A DNA stretch of 63,803 nucleotides, filler included, from Parasitella parasitica NRRL 2501 (taxonomy: Eukaryota; Fungi; Mucoromycota), in NCBI GenBank assembly GCA_025201805.1. It is 14 parts of 14 records of this genome, joined end to end, with 100 filler letters (N's around TTAATTAATTAA, not from the genome) between each part and the next. Parts side by side here need not be neighbours in the genome. Positions count along the whole stretch, not along the records: positions 18,194 to 27,385 come from MU619499.1; positions 27,486 to 29,656 come from MU619306.1; positions 29,757 to 30,945 come from MU619667.1; positions 31,046 to 32,158 come from MU619674.1; positions 32,259 to 34,362 come from MU619399.1; positions 34,463 to 36,578 come from MU619579.1; 8 more parts are not named here. The stretch is one strand, 5' to 3'. The notes under the pieces are model-generated. The model worked only from the letters and a program-made list of their open reading frames with translations, was not told where the DNA came from and did no database searches. Positions 22,501 through 34,645 of the stretch are shown piece by piece; position 1 is the first letter of the stretch, and each line of letters starts with the position of its first letter. Position numbers and translations under genes: made by a program.

Positions 22501-22573
22501 GGGGCTATGGCCCAATGGATAAGGCGTCTGACTACGAATCAGGAGATTCCAGGTTCGACCCCTGGTAGCCTCA
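22501..22573 (+). tRNA. tRNA-Arg (ACG)
   Basis: Acceptor stem GGGGCTA/TAGCCTC, D-loop TGG, anticodon arm TCTGA-CTACGAA-TCAGG, T-loop GTTCGA. Confidence 0.97.
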
Positions 22574-22960
22574 GTTATATTTTTCTTATTTCTAATGTAC
22601 ATTAGACGTTGGGTTTTTTCTTTCACATTAATGTTTTACCTAAATCCTTGTTACGCTATTTTATGGTTACTTGGTGGATCTGTTGATTGGTATATATGTC
22701 TCAACTCCAATGTATTGTTTTGAATTTTATCCCTTATTCATTATTTAGCCAAAATTGGACGATGATAAATCTGGCGCTTACTACTATAGTTGAATCTATC
22801 TTTACAAATTAGTCTATAAACCTCCAATAAATTTCTTAGTCTACAGTATCAATCACTACAACTAGCACTTAATGATCCATCTATGAACCCGTTGAAAAAT
22901 AATAAATATCTTTTTATTTTAACATAATCAGCTGTAATAGATATCTTCTAGTCTGGGTTG

Positions 22961-24366
22961 CTAATTTAAGGAAGTAGCTTGTTGCTGTTTACGACGTAGC
23001 AATTTGGCATCTTTGGGACCTAATTGCATACCGTCTTGGGAAAAGTCTTGCTTCCAGAGCACTTCTTGGGCAAATATATCCTTTCCAATCGCACAATTCT
23101 CTTTACAGGAATAAATAAATAATGATCCCCAATCTAGTGAGTCGACAGCAACATGATTGACACCGATAAAGTTTAACAATGTTGATAAAATTTGGAACTC
23201 AAAGGTGCGTGGTGCAAGACAGCGATCACATTCAGGTATAGATTCAGGTTTGTAGTTTGCTTGTACCCACAGTGGTTCACGTGCAGGGATATCATATTCA
23301 ACACGGTCATATCGAATGACTTGGTCAGGATTGAGTTGAATTTTTAATTGAAATTGTAAAAATGTATCATCAACTGCAACCTCGGTATCTTCTTCCTGTT
23401 CATCGCCTGCCAAAACCAATGCTCTAGAATCCGGCTGTTCTTCAGGGTTATTCTCTTTAAAAAATGCTGCTTGACTTTCCTCTTCTTCCTCATCTTTATC
23501 TTTTCCTTCGGGCTCACTAACAATCTCTTTCTCTAAAAAGACACGAGAAGCACGCAAACTATCAACTGTTTCTTGTTCGTCTGCTGTCAAAGTTTTGCTA
23601 CAAAATTCCTTATGTCTACACATATTCCAATCTGACATTTGATGTTCCCGAGAGCAATAGGCTGCTGAACCGCATTTTCCACAAAATTTTGATCCGCCTA
23701 AACCACAAATGACACATTGAGTAGGAACTTTGAAAGGTTTAGCTGTGAATTGTTTCGCTTTGTTGCTCTCATCTTCATCGTCCGAATCAACAGGAGGAGC
23801 ATAGTAAGGATTTTCACGTGGTAACTGAGATCTATAAACCTTGAAACTACCATAAAGTATTTTTAGTAGCGAAAAATTAGGTGATTTGGCACTAGCACTT
23901 CTACCTTTTGGTCCAGTCTTGCTTGACACAACCTCCATTTTTACAACAAAATACATATACAGTCCTATGAAAAGCCTCCGCGGGTTGATCTACAGGAGTA
24001 TACAACTATCAAATTGAAATTTGGTAAGAAATACAAACTTTGTAACTACAACTAATACCTGTAATAGTAAGCTCATAGGTTGTTCGCAATTACCACAGGT
24101 GACATCTTCTTTCGTCAAAATATGCTCAGGGTTTAGCCAAGCCTATATCAAATGTATGAATAAATCAATTGCTGTCAAAATACTTGAATACTTACAGGCT
24201 TTCCACCTGATTTGCTAGGGAATGTACTTGCTTTCAACGGTGTTTCGGGCTCTTCAGCGTAACCAAGTTGACAAGCAAATTTTTCATAAGACAGGGCTTC
24301 ACTAAGCTCTTTAGGGTCAAGTTCGGATACGTCGCTGTCAGTGTCGGTTGCAGGTTTGTTTGACAT
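22961..24366 (-). CDS. PDCD2: Programmed cell death protein 2 (PDCD2/Tsr4 family, MYND finger), multi-exon
   Basis: FPSKSGGKP.WL, MYND finger CVICG..CGKC...YCSREHQ..W..H..C, QVIRY, RTFEFQI and DWGSLFIYSC. Confidence 0.92.
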
Positions 24367-26506
24367 GATAGTGATTTTATTGTTAAAGATGTAAAAGAAT
24401 GTTCAAAAAAATTATTTATCTTACAAATGGATTTTTTTGGGTGGCTTTTCACATTAACTTCAACTCATGCTTCACAGTGTATAGGGCAATTACAAAAGCT
24501 CTACTAAAACCAAACTATCAGAACAATAAAAGATTATAAGATAGTGATACTTTTTAAAAAAAAAGGGGCTTCCCTGCATATTCTGCATACCCAAATATCA
24601 AGCGCTCTGAAATCGTAAGCAGTTGATGTTACAGCAGATTGAAGTTTCAACGAGACCATAAATTAATGAGGAGAAATTGTAATATGATTTCTCTTTTGTT
24701 CTAGTCATGGTTTTCTCAGGATCCTATATCTTCGTACAATCCAAAGAATTATGTTCTGATCATTTTTATTGTAAATCCCACAATGACTCGAGCGTCATGC
24801 CCCATCTCCCATTCATCAATTTCAAGTTAAGCATGATCAACTGACCTCCAACGCTGCCAACACTTCGCCAGTTGAACACTTCGCGGGCAAAGTAACTCGG
24901 TTCTTCTATACAGGCAGCGTTGCTCACTCAATCGTCATTGATATATCTCATGTTTTTGACAGAAAGCATATCTGTATATTGTTCTCTGCCACAGCAATTA
25001 AGCCATCATCTTTTCCTGTCATTCTATCATCGTGCCCTAATTCCCTTCTTCACAATGACAGTGTCATGCCTATTCTCTTTAAAGCTAAATACCAACTCAG
25101 GATTACTCCAATACCAACGTCAGTGTATCTATTTGTTTAGAAATCTCTCTAGCCTTGTTAATCATCTCTTTGCCTTCATCTGGAGACGATAATAAATCAT
25201 TCGTTAAGCTGTCTAGCTCAGTTGACTACATTTCAGAGAAACACTCCTGCCTTCGGCTTAAGGAATTTACTAAATTCTCTGTTCATCCCAATCTAACAAA
25301 ACAGTTCTTGAAATTGGACTAACGGAACGGAATTGGACCATCTCCTTTTTGTGTCTGTACCCTTATTTGCCAACGCTTCTCTTGTTTTTGTAGTTCCCCT
25401 TTCGCTAAAGTTGAGAATATTACTGTCGTCAATGTTGTACATTTGATAACATTTCTCAGCATTTGCCCTTTTTTGCAGAGGTGGGCCTCATCAACCTAAT
25501 TTCTCCACAAAATTTTGCCGAAATATGTGCAGCGCCACGGTTGCTCAACCACTATATTTTCCTTGTAACTCCAACATCTGCGCCTCTTGGTCAGACTCTT
25601 GCTCTTTGCCACTCTCTCACTCTTGCCACAACATTTAATATTGATTCCTTTGCCAAAAAATTTCTCACATGGCATTTTTACATTGTTTTTTTCCTTGCTT
25701 TTTTCCGTCCTCCTCCTGAATCCTCTGCTCTGAATTTGATGATGCACTTGATACTCCAAACCATAAAAAGAATCTAAATAGCAGATCGAGTGTCAAAATT
25801 AATTAACCTCCTCATTTAGCTCATGTTAAAAAAAAAAGCATTATTGTGAATAAAAGTATAAGTTGGAATAAAGAATTAGTTTACCAAAGCAGATTATTCT
25901 ATACTGTAGTGAGTACCAGGCTTATAGTTATCTAACTTTTGAAAGGTATATAAGATGAAAAACGAGAGATATGGATATAAAGTAGCGTTTACAATGAATT
26001 GAATATTCTAGAGTGAAATAAATGTATGTATGTTTAAGTTAAAATATAATAAATTATTCAAAAGTTAAATTATAGATGCTTAACATTACTTAATAAATGA
26101 TGGACGACTTTATGTATAGATTCGTTAATTAAGCTGATACCCATGCTACTTTAATGTTCTGCTAAAATTTTCTTGAGAGATTCAAATAAAATTAGAAAAA
26201 AAAATCTTATTATTCGATGAAAGAATGAAGTTATTGACATAAAAGGATTATATACAAATGTACGAATGTAAAAGTTAGGTTCTTAAGCAATAGATGTTGA
26301 CCAAGAGTTTAAAGTAGCAATTGGTTTCATAAAAACAATTAAGTCTAGAGAAAATGGTGCTTACTATTACATGTTTGTTTAAAAGTGTTATGATATTGTA
26401 TTTGATTTTGAGTAGCAAGATTTATTGAAAGAAAAAGTTGATCGTTATCGAAACAAAAGAAATTAAAACGTCTCACTTTATAATTTTTTAACAAAAATTA
26501 AGTTTT

Positions 26507-26579
26507 TGGAGAAGCTGGGCGTCGATCCCAGTGCCTCTCGCATGCTAAGCGAGCGCTCTTCCATTTGAGCTACATCCCC
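26507..26579 (-). tRNA. tRNA-Ala (AGC)
   Basis: The reverse complement GGGGATGTAGCTCAAATGGAAGAGCGCTCGCTTAGCATGCGAGAGGCACTGGGATCGACGCCCAGCTTCTCCA folds as a cloverleaf with G3:U70. Confidence 0.97.
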
Positions 26580-26834
26580 ACTTTTCCAATTTTTTATTAC
26601 GTTTTGACCTCAGAATTCAGGTACACGTGATATTAATATTAGACAAGGAAATCCATAGCAGTAAACAGCCAAAGCAACAACCGTCAATAGAATATACATT
26701 AAGTGTTAATATCTTAAAGTATATTCTGTTCAACTTTCAAAACGATTGATCAAGTATTTACCTGTTTTACAAAAAACCCCAAAAACACCGCAAATATTTT
26801 TTCACTCGATCATCTAGCAACCGGTAAACAGACC

Positions 26835-27385
26835 ATGGAGCCAGAACCATCCACTCTTATGTCGCAACTAGATTTGCAGACGTTAGTCATCAGTATGCAG
26901 AAGGATATTTCTGTTCACCGTACCGCCCTGGAAGAGTTGAACACTCTTAAAAGTGCCATTTTAGATCTGAAAAACAAAAATTTTTCTTTGACTCAAGAAA
27001 ATGCCAGTCTTCGTCAACAGATTGCCGATCTTACTGCTTCCCCTTCAGCTGTCAAACATAACCCAGCTTCCTTTGCAACCAATCAGCAGCCGCAGCACAG
27101 CAAGGCAGCAACTGGCACCCCCAAGACCACCTCCACTTGGACTGAAATTGTCCAGAAGAAGCACAGATCAAGAAAGATCAAAGCTCCCTCTGAGGTGACT
27201 GAAAAGCACCGTCAGGCTATTACCCGTGGCTTTAATGCCCAAGCAGACGGACCTAAGGGCTATGAATGCCTTTATATCAACCGTTCTCGCCGCTTCACCA
27301 GAACTGAAGTTCGCAACAACTTGCACCTCATCGGTGCAGAGGCATCTCGCATCATTGATGTTACCTTCCCCGCTCGCAACGTTAT
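26835..27385 (+). CDS. LINE ORF1, second family, cut by gap
   Basis: Coiled coil, TWTEIV, then GYECLYINRSRRFTRTEVRNNLHLIG...RIIDVTFPARNV, homologous to the 16360 ORF1 domain. Confidence 0.7.
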
Positions 27386-27485
27386 NNNNNNNNNNNNNNN
27401 NNNNNNNNNNNNNNNNNNNNNNNNNNNNNTTAATTAATTAANNNNNNNNNNNNNNNNNNNNNNNNNNNNNNNNNNNNNNNNNNNN

Positions 27486-29656
27486 TTTTCAGTTAGGCGG
27501 TTGATGATGATGCTTAATTGTTTTGCATGTAGTTCCATATCATCCGAATGTGTTATACAATAAACATCATCAATATATGTCAAACAAAAGGGTAAATCAC
27601 CTAGGATATCGTCGAGTAAGCGACTCCAGGCGCTGCCAATAAAAGTAATCCCGTATGGACAGGAGGCAAAGCAGTAAGCAGTATTGCGGTGCTGGAAGCT
27701 GGTTTTGACCTGATCTGACACATTTAGGGGTAGTCTCAGGTACGCGGTCGTAACGTCAATACAAGAATAGATTGCAGCACCTGTTGCTTGTTTGAAGATC
27801 TCGGAAGGCAATTTTATGCTATAATTGTCAAGACTCGAGGGCAGTAGAATACTGTTGAGTTCTCGAACGTCCAAGCATGTCCGCCAGGACATAGTACCGT
27901 CACCCTTCCTTTTTGGGGCAAATGTTACAGGATTATTCCAAGGGCTAGGAGGGGCTTTTTTAATGATGCCCTTTTCCAACCAATCTTTCACTGTTTCGTC
28001 AAATACGGGCATTAACTTCTCAGCAATTTTGTATTGACGGCGATTTCTAGTTTCGTTTGGTATCGTATCAAGCTTTATTAGAGCCAGAGGATGAGGACAT
28101 AGTTCTCTAACATCAATAGCTTGATTTCGGTTAATGGCAGGTTCAATGGCTTTCATCAGACGTGCATGCTCACTCTCCGTACCAGCGTTCGATATATTAG
28201 GTACGTATTTTTCATCGACAACGGCATCATCATACAGGATTTTATTATCATCCCAATTAAAGGCGACGCCTGCTAATGTAATGCCCAGTTTTGAGAAGAT
28301 ATCACACCCGAAGAGCGAGTGTTTATCATTTCCTAATTCCTTCATGATGAAGAAAGAATGATGCACATCACGACCATTATATTTGATATGGATGTCGTCC
28401 GTTTTACCTAATAACAGTATATTCTCATTATTTGCCAGTGTTATGTTTACATCGGGGCAAGGGTGGATGGTAATATCGTATTTATTACACAAGTGAGAAG
28501 ACAGGATGGAGATATCAGAGCCTGAATCGATCAGAGCTAGTTACCTATGTATGCCCAACAATAAGAAAGGAGATAATGGAGAATATGGATTTTGATTTAG
28601 TACGTCATCATTTGTATCGACCATTTGTCTTCTCTTGGTAGTACTGATTAGCATACTACACAAAAGATTGCCACATTTACCATTATTATCAGATGATGGG
28701 ACATCGAGGTCATTCATTGTGCTTTCATCGAGGAATTCAGCCATGTCATCGTCGTCAGTAAGAGGATTGATCTGACTCAGGATTTTCATAATATTCTGAG
28801 CGCAGTCAGTCAAATCCTGTTCGTTCACAGGATGCATATTGCTCTGCCTAGCTGTACGCACCATGTTGACACCCGCTGTTTTGGCTAAAGTGTATGGATT
28901 GTTATGGTGGGGATTAGTCAAGTGTTCGGTGAAAGACTTGCGTCTCATTGCAAACGTACCCGTGCGATTCATGTTGACAGGCTGGTCTATGCCCTTTGCA
29001 GCGTTTTGTCGTGCATTTTGAAAAGCAATGCGTTCTGGACAGAAATGACCCGGGTAGAACTTGACTTTTTCACAGTGAGTACACAGTGATCCGGTCTGAG
29101 GTGGGGCAGCAGTGTTATGTCCCTTGCGATCTATTCGCTTGAAGGGGGGCGTCTTTGCCTCATCATTAGAAGCGGCTGGTCCGACCGCCAGATTGTCAGA
29201 GCGTCCACGCTTTCTATCATTGGCGCTCTTGGTCTGTTTTTCTACCTCGACTTGGTATCGTTCTAACAGATCCCGATGCACGGAGGAAGAATGAACTTCC
29301 AAGAGTTCCATGATCGACTGCAAGTTTTCATGAGGTAAAATAGCGTCGCTATTGACGGGAGGGCTAATACTACCTAGAGCTGCCCGCATCGTGGGTAGCT
29401 TTGCTTTCAAATATGTTTTCACATACTCCTTTAATGCAGCGAAACACATGATTGCCATAAAGACAGAATCAGGTACTTGGGCTTTTGCCATCAGGATGAT
29501 AAAGCGTTGAAGGAATTCCATCAATGGTTCGTCAAACCTTTGGCGCAAGCTAATCAACTCTGAAATATAGTCGAATCTAGTGTTTGTCTCCATATATTTT
29601 TTGAGCAGTTTTGCTTTCATGTCATTCCAGGATCTGTAGGCCCTGCGATTTTGTTT
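27486..29656 (-). mobile_element. Ty3/Gypsy LTR retrotransposon internal region (gag, protease, RT)
   Basis: Gag with LRQ..DE...F and CxxC..H.C. Protease LIDSGS. RT motifs SPWNNPV, WRTCLDVRELN, PYGI and YIDD. Order PR-RT, with one in-frame TAA at 28541-28543. Confidence 0.92.
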
Positions 29657-30096
29657 NNNNNNNNNNNNNNNNNNNNNNNNNNNNNNNNNNNNNNNNNNNN
29701 TTAATTAATTAANNNNNNNNNNNNNNNNNNNNNNNNNNNNNNNNNNNNNNNNNNNNCCTTTTTTTCAGCCATTTGACTTTCGAAAGGTAAACGTGGTTAT
29801 TTTTTAATGTAAAGAACGAATCGTTCAAGAACGTTGATATAAAAAAATGAGAGTTATATGAATAACGATTATTTCCAAAGACAATTAAATAAAGAGACTA
29901 CAAGCGATTATATCACGGAGAACGTAGGGTCTTTATTAAAGATTGAAAAGGAAGCCAGGATTGCTCTGGTCCTGGTTTCTAAAAGTCTTTATACAATTCC
30001 ATTTGAATGTCAGTGTCAATATTGGAATTGAGATGAGATTCAACCTTCAATTAATAGGCGAAAACCGACAATGAGAACATCGGCGAGGCCATAGTG

Positions 30097-30544
30097 GAGC
30101 CCTAAATATAATCATCCTAGCTGCCATATCATACCAAGGTGTTGAGGATGTCACAGCAAAAATGGTCAAAGGCAGTACGAATTCAGAGCTTTTTCTTGAA
30201 CTCATAAAGCAGATCGTTGCAAGTCTGGATAGAAGTAATGCAGCCCCTCATTACTTCATTATACTCGTATACATGCCGCCGAATTGATTAAAAATTATTT
30301 TAGATATGCAACAAGGCATCATGTTCACTTTTTGCCAGCATACAGTCCATTTTTAAACCCTATTGAAGAGTGCTTCTCTAAATTGAAAGGCTTGGTCAGA
30401 AGAAAACCTGGATTGGATGCTAAAGAGCTCGTAAATTACATTGGAGAATGCAGCAAACAAATAGTTAGTGATAATTGCCAAGGTTGAGTTGATCATAGCA
30501 TCACTTTTTTTAAAAAATGCCTAGATGAAGACGAGATTTACTGA
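30097..30544 (+). pseudogene. Tc1/IS630 transposase remnant, abutting a short CACTA-like end (30073-30096)
   Basis: IILAAISYQGV...GSTNSELF and FLPAYSPFLNPIEECFSKLK, with stops and deletions. Confidence 0.85.
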
Positions 30545-31045
30545 ATATCGTACAATAAAATTCACATTTTTGTAACTTAAACTTTCACAGTTTAAAACAG
30601 TGACTATCTCAGAAAAGTTTTGATTTCTTGTTTTTGAATGAAAAATCCGGTATTTCACAATTACATGTCATATTACACAAAATATCCCTTTATTATATTG
30701 ATACAAACACAAAACAATAAACACACCTGTTTATCTTGTTACAAGCTATAATATAATATTGCCTATTGTATTATATTTAAATCTACTATCTCTGTGTAAA
30801 TACATCACACCTATCTGATACTCAATAATTATATTTGTATATGACAAAATTGTCAGGAAGATGTTTAGTGGACTCGTGCCGGAGGCAGTGCTCCAGCACA
30901 ATGCGAACAAGAAGCGGGTCTTCCGACCAACAGTGCCGGTCCGGCNNNNNNNNNNNNNNNNNNNNNNNNNNNNNNNNNNNNNNNNNNNNTTAATTAATTA
31001 ANNNNNNNNNNNNNNNNNNNNNNNNNNNNNNNNNNNNNNNNNNNN

Positions 31046-31167
31046 ACGCACATTCTGGGCAAAATCATTTATGTTCTCACAAGCACATAAATGCTCCCAT
31101 GACCCTAATAACGTTCCCATTTGAGCACATTTATGTTCATCGAGATCATCCAGGAGGCCATATAGTG
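31046..31167. mobile_element. CACTA-like terminus (reverse orientation)
   Basis: Ends ...GGCCATATAGTG; its reverse complement matches 13158-13275. Confidence 0.7.
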
Positions 31168-31207
31168 CACAGGGAAATGTTGTGCAAATGTGATATTTTA
31201 ACGTAAT

Positions 31208-31641
31208 TGTTGGATCAAAAAAGAAAATAAAAACCAAATGTTAACGAGATGCAGAAACTTAAAGATACTTTTTTTAAGATCAAAATGGCATCTGCTATTT
31301 ATACTTTTTACAGCTACATAAATTTATGGTGACTTATTAATAGATTACTAATTTTTGACAAGACTAATTTACAGTGACAATCTACTACTTGACAGGGTAC
31401 GATATGAGGTTATACAACAGGGGCTACACGTCTTTGATCTGACAGTGCCTTAACCTTTATCCTGGTGTTCAAATCTGTGTGACTTACAGGAATAACCTTC
31501 TTGATTTGAAACAGAGACTTTATTCTCCAATTTACACAAGCGTATCACACCCCATCATTGGAAGTACATTGCCATAATCTCCTGTCTATAATATTACGGC
31601 GGATCACACCTGCTGTACCCATTTTTGTGATCTGGCACAAC
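31208..31641 (-). mobile_element. Solo LTR (same family as 5705 and 21794)
   Basis: Collinear similarity with 21794-22235 along its length. Confidence 0.7.
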
Positions 31642-32259
31642 CGCATATTAGAAGATTAGCTGCTGCATCAATTTTCTATAATTAATATGTTGTTTAAGCT
31701 TTGAGTTGAACTTTAGTATTCGCAAACAAACAACGCCTATCGTTAAATGACCAAAAAAACCAGGGCGTAGCAAATAATTTTGATATTTAATGCGACAGTA
31801 ACTTACCAATACATCGACCATTTAGATTGAATTTGGAGCTGTCATTTTGAATTGATTGAGTTTTATCTGCTTTTATTATTGCATTCGTAAGCAATAGTAA
31901 TATTAAAGGTTTCGTAAAAAGAGGAGAAGAGAAAAATTGAAAATAAAAACAGTTTACATCATGGTATAATAGTAATCTACTGTAGGTCACATAACCAAAT
32001 CTTTGTAGCCAGGGAAACGTTTGCCACATTAGTTGCTGTGCATACTCACTAGCTGCACTAAATGAACGAATATAAAATGCACTGCACCAATGCTGACAAT
32101 AAACATGATGCTTTTCTTTTCGAGATGTATATCAATTTCATCTTTGTGTCAAAATACANNNNNNNNNNNNNNNNNNNNNNNNNNNNNNNNNNNNNNNNNN
32201 NNTTAATTAATTAANNNNNNNNNNNNNNNNNNNNNNNNNNNNNNNNNNNNNNNNNNNNA

Positions 32260-32433
32260 TTGAAGTGTAAAACTTGCAATATTTACTGGAATCGCGATGC
32301 CGTGGCCTCGAAGAACATGCTCACCATTGCCACATCAATTTGGTGTGGAAATGGCCGCCCCCAGGTCTTCAAGAGACATACCGCCACCTCCAATGTGGTT
32401 GTTGCTGCTCACTCCGGTGAGTCAGCAACTTAA
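32260..32433 (+). CDS. Fanzor/TnpB C-terminus (Zn-ribbon CxxC + RuvC-III), 5' part lost in gap
   Basis: Not in the ORF track. It reads LKCKTCNIYWNRDAVASKNMLTIA..IWCGNGRPQVFKR...*, and CxxC-x3-WNRD-x2-A-x2-N is the TnpB/Fanzor signature. Confidence 0.88.
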   Translation: MKCKTCNIYWNRDAVASKNMLTIATSIWCGNGRPQVFKRHTATSNVVVAAHSGESAT

Positions 32434-32480
32434 AGATATTGCAGGTAAAAAGCTGTAGCAATTCTGATTCTTCTGAAAGA
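32380..32480 (+). ncRNA. Candidate Fanzor omegaRNA scaffold
   Basis: Hairpins GCCAC/GTGGT, GTTGCTG-CTCAC-TCCG-GTGAG-T-CAGCAAC and ATTGC..GCAAT overlap the ORF 3' end, where Fanzor omegaRNAs typically lie. Boundaries are inferred. Confidence 0.5.
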
Positions 32481-32489
32481 TACTAACAT

Positions 32490-32578
32490 TGTCTCCATGT
32501 TCGTACTCATGTCCCATTTTCATCTTGTTGTCCCATTTTCGTATTCGTGACCCATTTTTGTAATCGTGTCCCAACTCA
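32490..32578. repeat. ~20-bp periodic GTCCCATTTT motif array
   Basis: Five degenerate copies just downstream of the Fanzor end. Confidence 0.7.
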
Positions 32579-32640
32579 ATTTGGAAATGACCAAAATTTA
32601 TTTTCATTGGCCCAACCTAGTTTCGTTAACTGTAGTAAAG

Positions 32641-32794
32641 TGTCACCTAAATCATCTCACATACAAATGAAAACTAAGGTAGCGATTGTTGTCGATTACT
32701 TGATTTTTTTCTTGTTGTCGACAACAAGAGAAAATTAAGGTGGTTGTCGCTAAACCGCTATCTCATTTGTATGTGAGACGATGGTTTAGGTGGC
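32641..32794. repeat. ~155-bp foldback (MITE-like hairpin)
   Basis: TGTCACCTAAATCATCTCACATACAAATGA pairs with TCATTTGTATGTGAGACGATGGTTTAGGTGGCA. Central perfect palindrome CTTGTTGTCGACAACAAG. Confidence 0.8.
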
Positions 32795-34478
32795 ATTGCT
32801 TTATTACTAGTAGTCGTTAAAGGCCTTGCTGAAGTCTTCTGGTAGGGTTGATTGTTACCGGTGTATGCATTGTTTCTCCACATCCAGAATGCATTGTAAC
32901 TAGTAGTATTCAATCCGTTGTACTTGAACGTTCGTGATACTCCTCCTATGAATTTTACATTGATGGGATATTCACCCTTATTAATATCTTTCTCCTCCCC
33001 CAATGCAATGATTTTATTAATTTATTATTATCATTTTCTTTGATCAAAACAAGTTGGATGAACCGAAAAAATGCACTTTTTTTTAGTTCTTTCATCTTTT
33101 TACAGTTTCTCCTTGTTAGGACACTTGCCAAAACATTTGGCAGAATGCTCGCTAATTCTAGTCATCAGTGTATCTTTTTCTACAATCTTTTTATGGTTTC
33201 TGAAAAAAAAAGTTCAAGTAAATGTTAAGTATTAGGGTTTCTGATAACAAATCCCCTATTTCTGATAAAAGCTGAGAAGTTTCTAAGGAAAGATGAGCCA
33301 CACCTGTTTTATCCTTTTACTATAAAGAAAGGTATACTTGTGGCATCAAAAATACTTACTTTGTAGAGATGTGTTGTGTACTAGAATTGATATTGACGTG
33401 GTATCATCTCCAGATAGATATTTTTTACAGCTTAAAAGCAAGAAATTTATCTTCATGTGTCGTTTTTGATTGATTTTCATAATCAAAAGTGCCCTGAAAA
33501 CAACAGAAATAGTATGCATTGGGAAAAAACCATATTATATATGATTTTGGTGCAATTTGAGCATGATTTTTTTTTCGATGCAAAATGACGGATTTTTTCG
33601 ATTTTTTCCTTGTATCCACACATCCAAAATCGTCGATTATGTGTTATCCTCGATTTTGACCACAAAAATGCAACTTTTTACTATAGCATATATTGGAGGA
33701 AAATGATCGTAAAAGACCGTTCTTTGGTCTGAAAGAGTGGAAATGCGCTCTGGTTAAACAAAATATTGACTTTTTCCTCTTGATCTGTTTTTGAGGTTTT
33801 CTCGACATAATTCCTTCCATGAACATACGGGGGTTATCAAAACGACACCATCGTGTAGAGCGTCCAAAAATACAGCCATTACCATAGACTGACAACCGTG
33901 GTATGAATAGTATCAGAAGATGATATCTTGCCTCAAAAGAGTAATTTGTTTTTCGAATTATCCAAATGGAGTTTCTGAAAGAACTTTTTTCTTCCTAATT
34001 TTGAATATGTTTAATCTCCGCTATCGAAGAAAAATGGTGCTTTTTTGAAGGAAGCATTAGCTTTGAGAAGCTATAGCTTACCCAATTCAAGCGAAATTTT
34101 TTTGCATCTAGTTTACCTAGATAATGTGCTTTTTGGGTTTTTAGTGGTAGTACTTGCATGCCTGTACCTGGCCTGACGATCTCACGCTCCAATTTTGAAA
34201 AATACTTTTCCGAAAAAAGTCAGAAAAGTCGCTACCTTCATTTGATTTCAAATTAAAAAATACAAAAACTTGCTCTAAACTATGCAATTATGTAATCAAA
34301 AGATGCCTTATAGTCTAATGCATTACTTTGCATTACTTGTTTTTGTGTTTGAGATCGCTAAANNNNNNNNNNNNNNNNNNNNNNNNNNNNNNNNNNNNNN
34401 NNNNNNTTAATTAATTAANNNNNNNNNNNNNNNNNNNNNNNNNNNNNNNNNNNNNNNNNNNNAATATCTATTTTAGTT

Positions 34479-34645
34479 TTGTCAAGATACTGCCAAAAAA
34501 ACAAGGTCTTTTTGCTGATTTTATAGCAAGTTGTGTGGATAATAATTAATCAAATCTTATGTCTATAAAAGTATTTAGTTATATACTTGTGGAGTTTTAT
34601 TCACAAAGTCCGTATCACGTTAAAATATTATAGCACATTTGCACC
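34479..34645 (+). repeat. Dispersed repeat, diverged copy at ~37136-37326
   Basis: TTGTC(A/G)AGATAC..., TTTTGCTGATTTT, GTGGATAAT, TGTCTATAAAAGT and TCACGTTAA occur in the same order in both. Confidence 0.75.

Noticed and set aside
24700-25777. Possible degenerate minus-strand gene
   Set aside because: It looks coding-like but has many stops and no motif I can assign.
33422-34362. Possible non-autonomous DNA element
   Set aside because: No paired termini, TSD or second copy is visible in this window.
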